Positions 1 to 13,029 are shown, numbered from the whole stretch's first letter. The stretch: 63,677 nt of DNA, filler included, from Octopus bimaculoides (GCF_001194135.2; 7 parts of 6 records of this genome joined end to end with filler, not necessarily neighbours in it); one strand, 5' to 3'. Notes: generated by a model not told the origin, from the sequence alone. Numbers and translations: made by a program.

Positions 1-3000
1 ATACGTAGTTACGTACGTACGTACATGCATACGTTGTTACGTGAATACGTTAATACATAGGTAGTTACGTACGTACGTACATACATACGTAGTTACGGAC
101 GAACGTACGTTTATACGTAAGTAGTTATTTACGTACGTACGTACATACATACGTAGTTACGTACGTATATACGTACATAAAACATAGTTACGTACGTACA
201 TACGTACATACGTAGTTACGTACCTACATATATACGTAGTTACGTACGTACGTACGCACATACATACGTACGCACATACATACGTAGTTACTTACGTACG
301 TACGTTTATACATACGCAGATATGTACGTACGTACGTACATACATACGTACCTACGTAAGTAGGTACGTACATACATACGTAGTTACGTACGTAGGTACG
401 TACATACATACGTACGTAGGTACGTACATACATACGTAGATAGTACGTACGTAGGTACATACATACGTTGTTACGTACGTACGTACATATATATATATAT
501 ATATATNNNNNNNNNNNNNNNNNNNNNNNNNNNNNNNNNNNNNNNNNNNNNNNNNNNNNNNNNNNNNNNNNNNNNNNNNNNNNNNNNNNNNNNNNNNNNN
601 NNNNNNNNNNATATATATACGTAGTTATGTACGTTCGTACGTACATACATATAGATGTTGTTACGTACGTACATACATACATAGGTTGTTACGTACATAG
701 TACATACATACGTAGTTACGAACATACGTACNNNNNNNNNNAGGTTGTTACGTACATAGTACATACATACGTAGTTACGAACATACGTACATACGTAGTT
801 ACGTACGTACATAATACTTATACACGTAGTTACGTACGTACGTACGTATATACATACGTAGGTACGTTCGTACGTACATACATATGTAGTTACGTTCTTA
901 CGTTCGTTCGTTCATACATACGTTATTACTTACGTACCTACGTACATACGTAGATACGTACGTATGTACATGTATACACGCGAAGTTACTTACGTACGTA
1001 CATGTATACACACGTAGTTACGTACGTACGTACATGCATACACACTTACGTACGTACATGCATACACACATAGTTACATACGTACGNNNNNNNNNNATAC
1101 ACACTTACGTACGTACATGCATACACACATAGTTACATACGTACGTGCATGCATACACACGTAGTTACGTACGAACGTACATACATACGCACGCAGATAC
1201 GTACGTATATACATACACACGTAATTATGTACATACGTATATACATACACACGTAATTACGTACGAACTTACATACATACATACGTAGTTNNNNNNNNNN
1301 NNNNNNNNNNNNNNNNNNNNNNNNNNNNNNNNNNNNNNNNNNNNNNNNNNNNNNNNNNNNNNNNNNNNNNNNNNNNNNNNNNNNNNNNNNNNNNNNNNNN
1401 NNNNNNNNNNNNNNNNNNNNNNNNNNNNNNNNNNNNNNNNNNNNNNNNNNNNNNNNNNNNNNNNNNNNNNNNNNNNNNNNNNNNTACGTAAGTACGTACA
1501 TTCGTAGTTACGTACGTACGTACATAAGTACATACATAAGTAGTTACGTGCGTACGTACCCCCATACATACGTAGTTACGTACGTACGTTTATACATACG
1601 TAGTTATGCACGTACGTACGTATGTACATACATACGTAATAACGTACGTACGTATATACATCTGTACATAATTACGTACGTACGTACATACATATATATA
1701 CATAGCTACGTACGTACGCATATACATACGTAGTTACGGACGTACGTACATACATACGTAGTTACGTATGTATGTACGTACATAATACGTAGTTACGTAC
1801 GTACGCACATACATACGTTGTTACGTACGTACGTACGTTTGTACATACGTACGTTTGTACATACGTACGTTTGTACATANNNNNNNNNNTACGTTTGTAC
1901 ATACGTACGTTTGTACATACGTACGTTTGTACATACGTAGTTATGTACGTACGTACATACAAACGTAATTACGTACGTACGTATGTACATAAATAGGTAG
2001 TTACGTACGTTAGTTACTTACGTTCGTTACTTACTTATGTTGTTACTTACGTATGTACATATATACATACGTAATTACGTACGTACGTACATACATATGT
2101 ACGTAGTTACGTACGTACGTACATACATATATACTTAGTTACGTACGTACGTACATGCATACGTAGTTACGTACGTACGTGTGTACATACGTAGTTACGT
2201 ACGTACTTACATACATACCTACATACGTACGTACTTTTATACATACGTAGTTACGTACGTACGTACGGATGTACGTACATGCATACGTAGTTATGTACGT
2301 ATGTATATACATACGTAGTTACGTACGTACATACATGCGTAGTTACGTACCTACGTTCGTGCGTACATGCATACACACGTAATTTCGTACGTACGTACAT
2401 ACATACGTAGTTACGCTTTTACGTACGTACGTAGGAACGTACATACGTAATTACGTACGTACGTACATATATACGTAGTCACGTACGTATGTATGGACGT
2501 ACATATATCCGCAGTCAGGTACGTACGTACGTGCATACACACTTAGTTACGTACGTACATACGTACGTACGTACTTACATACAAACATAATTACGTAGTA
2601 CATAATGCGTTGTTACGTATGTACGTACGTACATACATACGTAGTTACGTACGTAAGCACGTATATACATTCGTAGTTACGTACGTACGTACATACATAC
2701 GTAGTTACGTAGGTAGATACATACGTAATTACGTACGTACATACATACGTAGCTACGTGCGTACGTACGTACATACATACGTATTTACGTACGTACATAC
2801 ATACATACGTATTTACGGACGTACCTACATTCATACGTAGTTAGGTACGTATGTACGTTCATACGTAGTTACGTACGTACGTACATACATACATAGTTAC
2901 GTAACTACGTACCTACATGCATACGTAGTTACGTACATACGTACGCACATCCATACGTAGTTACGTAAGTATGTGCGTTTATACATACGTAGTTATGTAC

Positions 3001-6000
3001 GGTCGTACGTACATACATACGTATTTACGTACGTACTTACGTAGTGAAGTACGTACGTACATACATACGTAGTTACGTACGTACATACGTACATACATAC
3101 GTAGTTACGTACGNNNNNNNNNNACGTACGTACATACATACGTAGTTACGTACGTACGTACGTACATACATACAGACGTAGTTACGTACGTATGTACGTA
3201 ATATTTATATATGTAGTTACATGCATACGTACATGCATACACTTGACGTAACTTACGTACGTACATGCATACACTCGTAGTTACGTACGTACATGCATAC
3301 ACACGTAGTTACGTACGTACCTACATCTATACACACGTAGTTAAGTACGAACGTACATGCATTCACTAGTAGATACTTCCGTACTTACATGCATACACAC
3401 ATAGTTATATACGTACGTACATACATACGCACGTAGATNNNNNNNNNNNNNNNNNNNNNNNNNNNNNNNNNNNNNNNNNNNNNNNNNNNNNNNNNNNNNN
3501 NNNNNNNNNNNNNNTGCATACACACATAGTTATATACGTACGTACATACATACGCACGTAGATACGTACGTACGTACATAGAGAGACACGTAGTTACATA
3601 CGTACGTACGTACATAGGTAGTTACGTACGTACGTACATACATGCATACCTAGTTACGTACGTACGTACATACATATGTAGTTACGTATGTTCGTACGTN
3701 NNNNNNNNNTAGTTACGTACGTACGTACATACATATGTAGTTACGTATGTTCGTACGTACATACACACGTAGTTACGTACGTACTTTCATAAATTCGTAT
3801 TTACGTACGTACGTACATACATACATACGTAGTTATGTAAGAACGTACGTACATACATACGTAGTTACGTACGTACGTACATAGATACGTATTAACGTAC
3901 GTCCGTACATACATACATACGCAGTTACGTACGTAATACATACATACGTAGGTACGTACGTTCGTACATACATACGTAGTTACGTACGTAAGTACATACA
4001 TATGTAGTTACGTGCGTATGCACATTCATACGTAGTTACGTACGTACTAACGTACATATATACGTAGTTACGTACGTATGCACGTACATACATACGTAGT
4101 TACGTACGTACGTACATACATACGTAGTTACNNNNNNNNNNNNNNNNNNNNNNNNNNNNNNNNNNNNNNNNNNNNNNNNNNNNNNNNNNNNNNNNNNNNN
4201 NNNNNNNNNNNNNNNNNNNNNNNNNNNNNNNNNNACATACATAGTTACGTATGTATGTACGTACATACATACGTAGTTACGTACGTACCTACGTACATAC
4301 ATACGTAGTTACGTACGTACGAACATACATAAATACGTAGTTACCTACGTACGTACATACATACGTACGTACATACATACGTAGTTACGTACGTACGTTC
4401 ATATATACGTAGTTANNNNNNNNNNACGTACGTACGTTCATATATACGTAGTTACGTTCGTACATACATACCTAGTTACGTACGTACGTATATACATACG
4501 TAGTTACGTATTTACGTAATACATACGAAGTTACATATGTACGTACGTACATACATTCGGAGTTACGTACGTACGTATGTACATAGATACGTAGTTACAT
4601 ACGTACGTACATACATTCGTAGGTACGTACGTACATACATATGTAGTTACGTACGTACATACATACGTAGTTACTTACGTACATACTTATATACGTAGTT
4701 ACGTACGTACATACATACGTANNNNNNNNNNNNNNNNNNNNNNNNNNNNNNNNNNNNNNNNNNNNNNNNNNNNNNNNNNNNNNNNNNNNNNNNNNNNNNN
4801 NNNNNNNNNNNNNNNNNNNNNNNNNNNNNNNNNACTTACGTACATACTTATATACGTAGTTACGTACGTACATACATACGTAGTTGCGTACGTATATACA
4901 TACGTAGTTGCGTACGTACATACATACGTAGTTCCGTACGTACGTAAGTACATACGTAGTTACGTAGTACATACAGACATACGTAATTACGTACGTACGT
5001 ACATACATACGTAGTTACGTATGTACGTACGTACATACATACGCAGTTACGTACGTACGTACATATATACGTAGTTACGTACGTACGTACATACATNNNN
5101 NNNNNNCGTACGTACGTACATATATACGTAGTTACGTACGTACGTACATACATACACACGTAGTTAGGTACGTACTTACGTGCATACACACGTAGTTACG
5201 TTCGTACGTACATACATATACACGTAGTTACGTACCTACGTACATACATATATATCGTTACGTAGATACATACGTATTTACGTACGTACGTACGTACATA
5301 CGTTGTTACGTATGTACGTACGTACATACGTAGTCACGTATGTACGTACATACATACGTAGTTACGTACGTACGTAAATACATACTTAGGTACGTACTAC
5401 GTACATACATACGTAGTTACGTTCGTACGTACGTATGTACATACATACATAGTTTTTTTTTGCTCCTTCCCCCTCCCAAAACGAAAAGCTCTACATTGCA
5501 TTTGTCCCATCTTCGTTGAGCCCTGCGTGCCTAATTAAAGAAATGTATGTACGTACTTATACACATACATACGTAGTTGCGTACATACATACATACATAC
5601 TAATGCATACGTAGTTACGTGCGTACGTACGTACATACATACGATGTTACGTACGTACGTATGTACATACATACGTATTTACGTACGTACGTACATACAT
5701 ACGTAGTTACGTACGTACATACATACGCAATTACGTACGTTCGCACGTACATACATACGTAGTTATGTACGTACAAACGTAAATACATATNNNNNNNNNN
5801 CGCACGTACATACATACGTAGTTATGTACGTACAAACGTAAATACATATGTAGTTACGTACGTACAGATATACGTAGTTACCTACGTACGTACATACATA
5901 CGTAGTTACGTAGTAAGTACATACATACGTATTTACGTACCTATGTACGTACGTACATACATTACTACGTATACATGAACGTACGTTCGTACGTAACGAC

Positions 6001-6741
6001 GTATGTATGTACGTACGTACATACTTAGCTACGTATGTAAGTACGTACGTACGTAACTATGTATATACGTACGTAACTATGTATATACGTACGTAACGTA
6101 AGTAGGTATGTATGTACGTACGTAACTAAGCAACTACGTAACTAAGCAACTACGTAACTAAGCAACTACGTATGTATTTACGTACGTAACTACGTATGTA
6201 TGTACGTACGTAACTNNNNNNNNNNTACGTATGTATTTACGTACGTAACTACGTATGTATGTACGTACGTAACTACGTATGTATGTACGTGCGTACGTAC
6301 GTAACTACGCATGTATGTACGTTAGTACGTACGNNNNNNNNNNGTACGTGCGTACGTACGTAACTACGCATGTATGTACGTTAGTACGTACGTAAGTACG
6401 CACGTATGTACATACGTAACTACATATGTAAGTACGTACGTTCTTATGTAACTATGTATGTATGTACGTACGTGACTACGCATGTATTTACGTACGTACG
6501 TAACTACATGTTTATATACGTATGTACGCACGTAATTACGTATGTATGCACGTATGTACGTTCGTACTTAACAGCTTATATATGTATTTATGTATGTACG
6601 TACGCAACTACGTATGTATGTATGTACGTACGTAACTACGTATATATGTACGTACGTACGTATGTATATACGTATGTATGTATGTACGTACGTAACTAAG
6701 TATGTATGTATGTACGTACGTATGTGACTACGTATGTATTT
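1..6741. repeat. CpG-rich tandem satellite, ~28-bp unit TAGTTACGTACGTACGTACATACATACG (ACGT/ACAT tetramers plus an AGTT anchor); polarity inverts at ~5960
   Basis: Unit repeats throughout. It reads gtagttacgtacgt before ~5960 and its reverse complement acgtacgtaactac after. Many short N gaps fall inside the array. Confidence 0.95.
5453..5544 (+). mobile_element. 5'-truncated 3' tail of a Tx1/L1-like LINE inserted in the satellite
   Basis: T-run then aaaagctctacattgcatttgtcccatcttcgttgagccctg...aaagaaat; near-identical to 16444-16547 and similar to the 3' UTR after the ORF2 remnant at 50380-50439. Confidence 0.6.
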
Positions 6742-6788
6742 ACGTGTCTGTGGAGTGCTCAGCCACTTGCACGTTAATTTCACGAGCA
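6742..6788 (+). mobile_element. Fragment of SINE family D fused to the end of the satellite
   Basis: 47 bp matching the reverse complement of 10060-10106 with 1 mismatch; truncated by the scaffold end. Confidence 0.85.
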
Positions 6789-6888
6789 NNNNNNNNNNNN
6801 NNNNNNNNNNNNNNNNNNNNNNNNNNNNNNNNTTAATTAATTAANNNNNNNNNNNNNNNNNNNNNNNNNNNNNNNNNNNNNNNNNNNN
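6789..6888. other. Artificial scaffold joint N44-TTAATTAATTAA-N44
   Basis: Six-frame-stop linker at 6833-6844; the same 100-bp construct occurs six times. Confidence 0.97.
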
Positions 6889-7100
6889 CTCTCACCCTTA
6901 CTCTCTCACTCTCTTCTCTCTTTCCCTCTCTCTCACTCTCTCTCACTCTTACTCTCTACACTCTTACTCTCTTACTCTCTCACCCTTACTCTCTCACTCT
7001 CTTCTCTCTTTCCCTCTCTCTCACTCTCTTCTCTCTCACTCTCTTTCTCTTCCTCTCTTTCTCCCCCATACCCACCTCCCCTCTCCACATACCCACCTCC
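6889..7100. repeat. CT-rich low-complexity tract with internal tandem duplications
   Basis: ctctcacccttactctctcactctcttctctctttccctctctctcactct occurs twice; cccacctcccctctcc occurs twice. Confidence 0.8.
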
Positions 7101-8093
7101 CCTCTCCCCCACGTCATCAGTCAGGTGTTTATTTTCGTTTGTGATTAATGTATGATATTCGTGGGTTTATTTTAGCGTTGTGCTGAATTATGCGTATTGC
7201 GAAATCTGTACAGAATAGATGCATCGTTCAGTAATCTGTTTCTAGTCTTGACTTGCGTCGTGCGAAGTGGTACGCTGCATTATGTTATTTGTATAACCAA
7301 TATGATAGTAAGTCATAGATGTTTCCAGATACGTTTATCACATGTGTACTTGATTAGTATTATAATATTCTTTATTTATGGTTTGGGAATTGTTAATAGA
7401 TATCTGATGTAGCAGTCTGATTCATTCGTTCGGTGTATTTGTGTTTGTATTGTTCAATGTTTCAATCAGTTAGTTAAATAGAATACTTGTTTGTTATATT
7501 GTAACGAATCCTTTATTGCATTTTTTGCTTAGAAGAAGCTAAATGTTCTTCCAAGTAAGGATTTTACTGTTTACATTTTGTATGTGTGAATAGTCACTGT
7601 CTACAATTATAAGTATTGAAATTTGTTGTGTCTTCAGAGTAAACGGACGTTGTGCCTGTACTTTTTTATTTGAATGTTTATGTATAGGGATCTATATATT
7701 TCCATAAATAGGGAACATATTTTCTTTCAGACATGTTATATTGAAGATACAGTCGTGTTCGAGACTACTCTTTTTTTCTTATTAAAGAGTTTTTCTATTC
7801 TTTATTATTCTTTTGTGTTTCATTTAGAACAAAAATGTTCCAAAATCAATTAAAGCCATGAGACCTTCTCGGCTTCATCTTTGCAATAAAATTATGATAG
7901 TAGTGCGTTATTGCCAGGTATTGTAGTAGGCAACACCAGCACATTCCTATCATAATGAAATCCAGAGTATAAAATCGAGAAGGTGTTGAAACTTTAATGG
8001 ATTTTGCAACATTATAAAGTAAGCGAAATAAAAAGTAAAGAAATATGAACAACATTTAATAAAAAGATTAAATTCGAATATAATCATGTCTTC

Positions 8094-8141
<48 letters not shown>

Positions 8142-8244
8142 GATACACACACACACACACACACAGTCACACATGCACGTACGCACACACACACGCACGC
8201 ACGCTCACGTGCGCACACACACACGTACACACGAGTCTGACCAT

Positions 8245-8287
<43 letters not shown>

Positions 8288-8339
8288 GAGTCTGACCATA
8301 CACAGCATTCAATCTTTGAATCGTACTCGACTGTTTAAG

Positions 8340-8477
8340 GTATCATCAGCTGCCGCCAAAAAGGAGCAGAAGGTATCAAAATACTTACCACAATTCGTCA
8401 GCAAATACGATGGGAGGACAAACGGTGGAATCCCATGTTATTCCAAGGAAAGATCTTTAGAGAGAATAGCTGCAAAG
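8340..8477 (+). CDS. Candidate 138-nt internal exon, product unidentified
   Basis: tgtttaag| acceptor and AAG|gtaagg donor; length divisible by 3; two frames open (VSSAAAKKEQKVSKYLPQFVSKYDGRTNGGIPCYSKERSLERIAAK or GIISCRQKGAEGIKILTTIRQQIRWEDKRWNPMLFQGKIFRENSCK). No homology recognised. Confidence 0.35.
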
Positions 8478-9040
8478 GTAAGGTTGTTATGATAATATTT
8501 TCTGGCAACATCTCGTATACATCCCCATAAAAATCGCAAATTCCCTAGAAAAACATACTGAACTTTCGTTTCAGGGCTACTAAATGCTTCAGTTCTGGTC
8601 AACTATTGACTCATTCAGTGAGACTTACTGTGCAGTAGTTACGGTGTCTGTTTAATACGCAGTCATGTCTCACTCCAACATCCACATCCCCCTCCCACAG
8701 CAATAGTTAATCAAGATATACAATAACTACCGAAATCCTTACGGAGTTTTGGAACATACATACATACATACATACATACCTACATACATACATACATACG
8801 TATGATATATGCATACAGTCATACACGCATACATACACAAACATACAAATCCAAGAATACACACAGAGGCACACATACACATATATATACACATATAGTT
8901 AGCCACTCGTTGAATTCCAGTGTAAATGGTTGAGTAACCCTCAGAAACGTAATCCTCTGGCACAGAAAGTGTGACAAACTGGTCTTTTAAATTATTGGTA
9001 CAATTCAGTTGAAGAGATTCCGCACAGTTTCCGTCAGCCC

Positions 9041-9082
<42 letters not shown>

Positions 9083-9436
9083 NNNNNNNNNNNNNNNNNN
9101 NNNNNNNNNNNNNNNNNNNNNNNNNNNNNNNNNNNNNNNNNNNNNNNNNNNNNNNNNNNNNNNNNNNNNNNNNNNNNNNNNNNNNNNNNNNNNNNNNNNN
9201 NNNNNNNNNNNNNNNNNNNNNNNNNNNNNNNNNNNNNNNNNNNNNNNNNNNNNNNNNNNNNNNNNNNNNNNNNNNNNNNNNNNNNNNNNNNNNNNNNNNN
9301 NNNNNNNNNNNNNNNNNNNNNNNNNNNNNNNNNNNNNNNNNNNNNNNNNNNNNNNNNNNNNNNNNNNNNNNNNNNNNNNNNNNNNNNNNNNNNNNNNNNN
9401 NNNNNNNNNNNNNNNNNNNNNNNNNNNNNNNNNNNN

Positions 9437-9507
<71 letters not shown>

Positions 9508-9990
9508 AAGAGAGAGAGAGAGAGAGAGAAAGAGACTGAGAGAGAGAGAGAGGAAGAGAGAGTGAGAGAGAGGCAGAGATAAATAGAGAGAGGGAGAGAG
9601 ATAGAAACATTCCACATGCACACTTTTCACTATTTTCCTTCTCTTTTTACCTCCTCCCCTCCTCCTCCCTCCACACATACCTAAATGTAAACACTGTACT
9701 TCCTCTTTCCCTCCTCCTGTTACCACCCCTACTCCCTATGACACACAAATATTACTCATTAAAATGTCACTGCTGGTGACACCCATAAATCAAAATATTA
9801 AGTAAAAAAAGGGACTATTTGTGGTTTTGCAAGAAAATGTCAACAGCAGCTGCAAAATGTAAAGTAAAAATAGTGGCAACAAAAGCAGTGACAAAATCAA
9901 CAACAACAAGCAGTATCATTATCATCATCATCATCATTCATCATCACCAACAACTGTGACACAAGAATAAGAACATCAACAATGGCAGTA

Positions 9991-10380
9991 GTTGTTGTTG
10001 TTGGCACTCCGTCGCTTACGACGACGAGGGTTCCAGTTGATCCGATCAACAGAACAGCCTGCTCGTGAAATTAACGTGCAAGTGGCTGAGCACTCCGCAG
10101 ACACGTGTACCCTTAACGTAGTTCTCGGGGATATTCAGCGTGACACAGTGTGACAAGGCCGACCCTTTGAATTACAGGCACAACAGAAACAGGAAGTAAG
10201 AGTGAGAGAAAGTTGTGGTGGAAGAGTACAGCAGGTTTCGCCACCATCCCCTGCTGGAGCCTTGTGGAGCTTTAGGTGTTTTCGCTCAATAAACACTCAC
10301 AACGCCTGGTCTGGGAATCGAAACCGCGATCCTATGACCGCGAGTCCGCTGCCCTAAACACTGGGCCATTGCGCCTCCAC
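9991..10380 (-). mobile_element. tRNA-derived SINE, family D, apparently full length
   Basis: Minus strand starts GTGGAGGCGCAATGGCCCAGTG...GGTTTCGATTCCC (Pol III A- and B-box-like tRNA head) and ends in an (AAC)n tail. Confidence 0.85.
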
Positions 10381-10750
10381 AGCAGTAGTAATAACAACAG
10401 TAATAGCAGCAGCGGCAGCAACTTTAATAGCAACAAAAGCGAAAAAAAAGAAAACGAAACAAAAAAAAAAAGAAACAGAGGGAAAGCAGTAGCAATTAAA
10501 ACTTCATCAGCAACAATAGCAACAACGACAATAATAGGAAGAATAACATCAATAGCAGTAAGAAAACAATAACAATAAAAACACCAGCAAATAACAGCAA
10601 CAACAACAATAACAATATTAACAACATCAGCATCAACTTCATCAGCAAATTTCAACAACTAAAACTATAGTGGTAGTAACTATAGCAACAGTCTAGCAAT
10701 ATTCAAGCTTACAATGAACGTTAACTATTGTCTTCAATCTAAGTTTAGAG

Positions 10751-10935
10751 TAGTGCTCCACAACCGGCATGCCGCGACACACTGGTGTGCCACAAGACGA
10801 CGCTAGGAGTTCCGCAGTGTAACCCGAATATAATTTTTTCCCTATACTTTTAGTCATATTTTTAGTTCAGGTATGCCATTGGATTCTGAAAAGAATATAA
10901 GTGTATCGCAAGTGAAAAAAGGTTGCGGGGCACTG
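10751..10935. mobile_element. hAT (Charlie-like) MITE
   Basis: TIRs tagtgctccacaacc / ggttgcggggcactg; 8-bp flanks gtttagag (10743-10750) and atttagag (10936-10943) fit an hAT target-site duplication. Confidence 0.75.
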
Positions 10936-11111
10936 ATTTAGAGGAATGAACTGCTTATATTTTAAACTTACATTATCTGAAACCTACATATTGTATGACA
11001 TATCCATGTAGTGCGATACCTCAGTAGTGTTATACCTACATGTATTGTTAGACTAGAATACACCGTGTCACACATACATGTACTGTTACATATAAATATA
11101 GTGCTACACTA

Positions 11112-11405
11112 AGGCAGCGAGCTGGCAGAATCGTTAGTAAGCTGCGCAAAATGCTTCACGGTGTTTCGTCCGTCTTTGCGTTCTGAGTTCAAATTCCGGT
11201 GAGGTCGACTTTGTCTTTCTTCCTTTCGGAATCGATGAAATAAGGCGCAGGAGTGGCTGTATGGTAAGTAGCTTGCTTACTAACCACATGGTTCCGGGTT
11301 CAGTCCCACTGCGTGGCACCTTGGGCAAGTGTCTTCTACTATAGCCTCGGGCCGACCAAAGCCTTGTGAGTGGATTTGGTAGACGGAAACTGAAAGAAGC
11401 CCGTC

Positions 11406-11476
<71 letters not shown>

Positions 11477-11797
11477 TATATGTGTGTGTATATATGTGTG
11501 TATGCGTTTGTGTGTCTGTGTTTCCCCCCACATCGCTTGACAACCGGTGCTGGTGTGTTTACGTCCCTGTAACTTAGCGGTTCGGCAAAAAAGACCGATA
11601 GAATAAGTACCAGGTTTACAAAGAATAAGTTCTGGGGTCGATTTGCTCGACTAAAGGTGGTGCTCGAGCATGGCCGCAGCCAAATGAAAGTACATATATA
11701 ACTGAAACAAGTAAAAGAGTTGAGTGTTAGTGTCGAGTAAAGCGACTTATCCCCATCCCCCAGAATTGCTGGCCTTGTACCAAAGTTTGAAACCAAT
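11112..11797 (+). mobile_element. SINE family A interrupted by a family B insertion
   Basis: 5' part ggcagcgagctggcagaatcgttag...gaggtcgactttgtc ends at ~11243; the 3' part agttgag...ttgctggccttgtaccaaagtttgaaacc resumes after 11719. Confidence 0.8.
11244..11719 (+). mobile_element. SINE family B, full length, with internal (TA)n/(TG)n
   Basis: ggcgcaggagtggctgtatggtaag...ggttccgggttcagtcccactgcgtggc head, internal microsatellite and ...ctgaaacaagtaaaagag tail; many other copies in the window. Confidence 0.9.
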
Positions 11798-13029
11798 ATA
11801 ATGTTACACCTGTATGTACTGTTACACCTTAATATAATGTTACTTTTATATTTTACTTGTTTCAGTCATTAGAATGCGATCATGCTGGGGCACCGCCTTA
11901 AAAAACATTTTAGTCGAACATGTTAAACCTATGTGCAGCGTGACATCTCAGTACAATTTTGCCCCTACATCTAGTGTAGTACAACTATGCAATGTTACAC
12001 ATGCACACAGCGTTACAACTTATAGTATAGTGCTACATGCAGCGTTACACCTACTTGTAATGTGACAACTATCTGCAGCGTTATATCTACATGTAGTGTC
12101 ACACACCCATGTAGTGCTATATCTACATACAATATGATACTATAGTTAGAGACACACCTGCATATAAGTTACTCACACGTGGCGTTACACCTTCAAGCAA
12201 TATTACAGCTTCGCAGTGTGACAACCCCGTGTGGTGTGACACCTTCATATAGAGGTGATTTTATGTAATGCGACGCATGTAGTATTACAAGTCTATGTAG
12301 TGTGACAGGACAATGTAGTGTGACAGGACAATGTAGTGTGACTAACATTGTCAAACGAAAGGAGTATAAACTCTGTTGATACAGACAAACCAGTGAAATA
12401 ATACAAAAATAACAGAAATCACTCACACAAGAGAGATGAGAATTTTACTGGTTATTTGCTGTATATGACTGTATCTTCTGACTATTTCAGCCCAGCAGAA
12501 TTAAATATTTCTGTGAAAAGTAATTAATCGAATGAACATTAGTATTTCAAACTCGTTTTCTTTAGCATAGTTTATAGCAGCCATAAAAATCAAATTAGAG
12601 ATGGGTCACGCTATTGTATGCCAAATGGTTGGAATTTGCTTTGCTCTCTCCTGAGGATGGATATGTTTAAATCATTCTCTTATGGCATTGGTGTTGTTTA
12701 AAGTGTTAAAGGTGATACTTGCTTAAGATGTAGTACTATTCTATATTGTTTCGCTACTTCTACCGATGGTTGTTTTCATTTGGATTAATTAAATAAACTG
12801 ATGACTTCTATGGGAAGCTTGGATTATTGCTTTAAAAGAGAAGTATGGTGATTTCGGTATAAAGGGTTCTGTTCGGTCTGCAATATTTAATTCAGATATT
12901 TTCAATCTTAAACTATATTCCATTCTATTTTACTTCTCTATTTGTGTTGTTGATTGGTCTGTTATATGATCGTCAACAACATATAGTTTTTTTTGTCTTG
13001 TCTGATTGCATAATTAGTTGGACATTTTT

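Noticed and set aside
1-6741. CRISPR-like repeat-spacer array
   Set aside because: The intervals between anchors are variants of one another rather than unique spacers; no cas genes; eukaryotic context.
224-6783. YVRT/MYVC-repeat ORFs, and the HT/CV/IY/SL/poly-I/poly-H ORFs across the window
   Set aside because: Translations of satellite, microsatellites and N gaps; no coding evidence.
6833-6844. TTAATTAATTAA as a biological motif (homeobox site or piggyBac target)
   Set aside because: Always embedded in symmetric 44-N runs, so it is a synthetic linker.
8389-8469. Minus-strand coding exon with a gtaagt donor
   Set aside because: All three frames contain stops; at most a non-coding exon.
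8890-9043. Protein-like ORF ADGNCAESLQLNCTNNLKDQFVTLSVPEDYVSEG (minus)
   Set aside because: The nucleotide sequence resembles degenerate SINE B and D pieces; no splice sites.
12440-12900. Penelope-like element relic (also 21000-21330, 59560-60000, 62580-62900)
   Set aside because: The texture is suggestive, but I could not recover an RT or GIY-YIG motif, so it is not reported as a feature.
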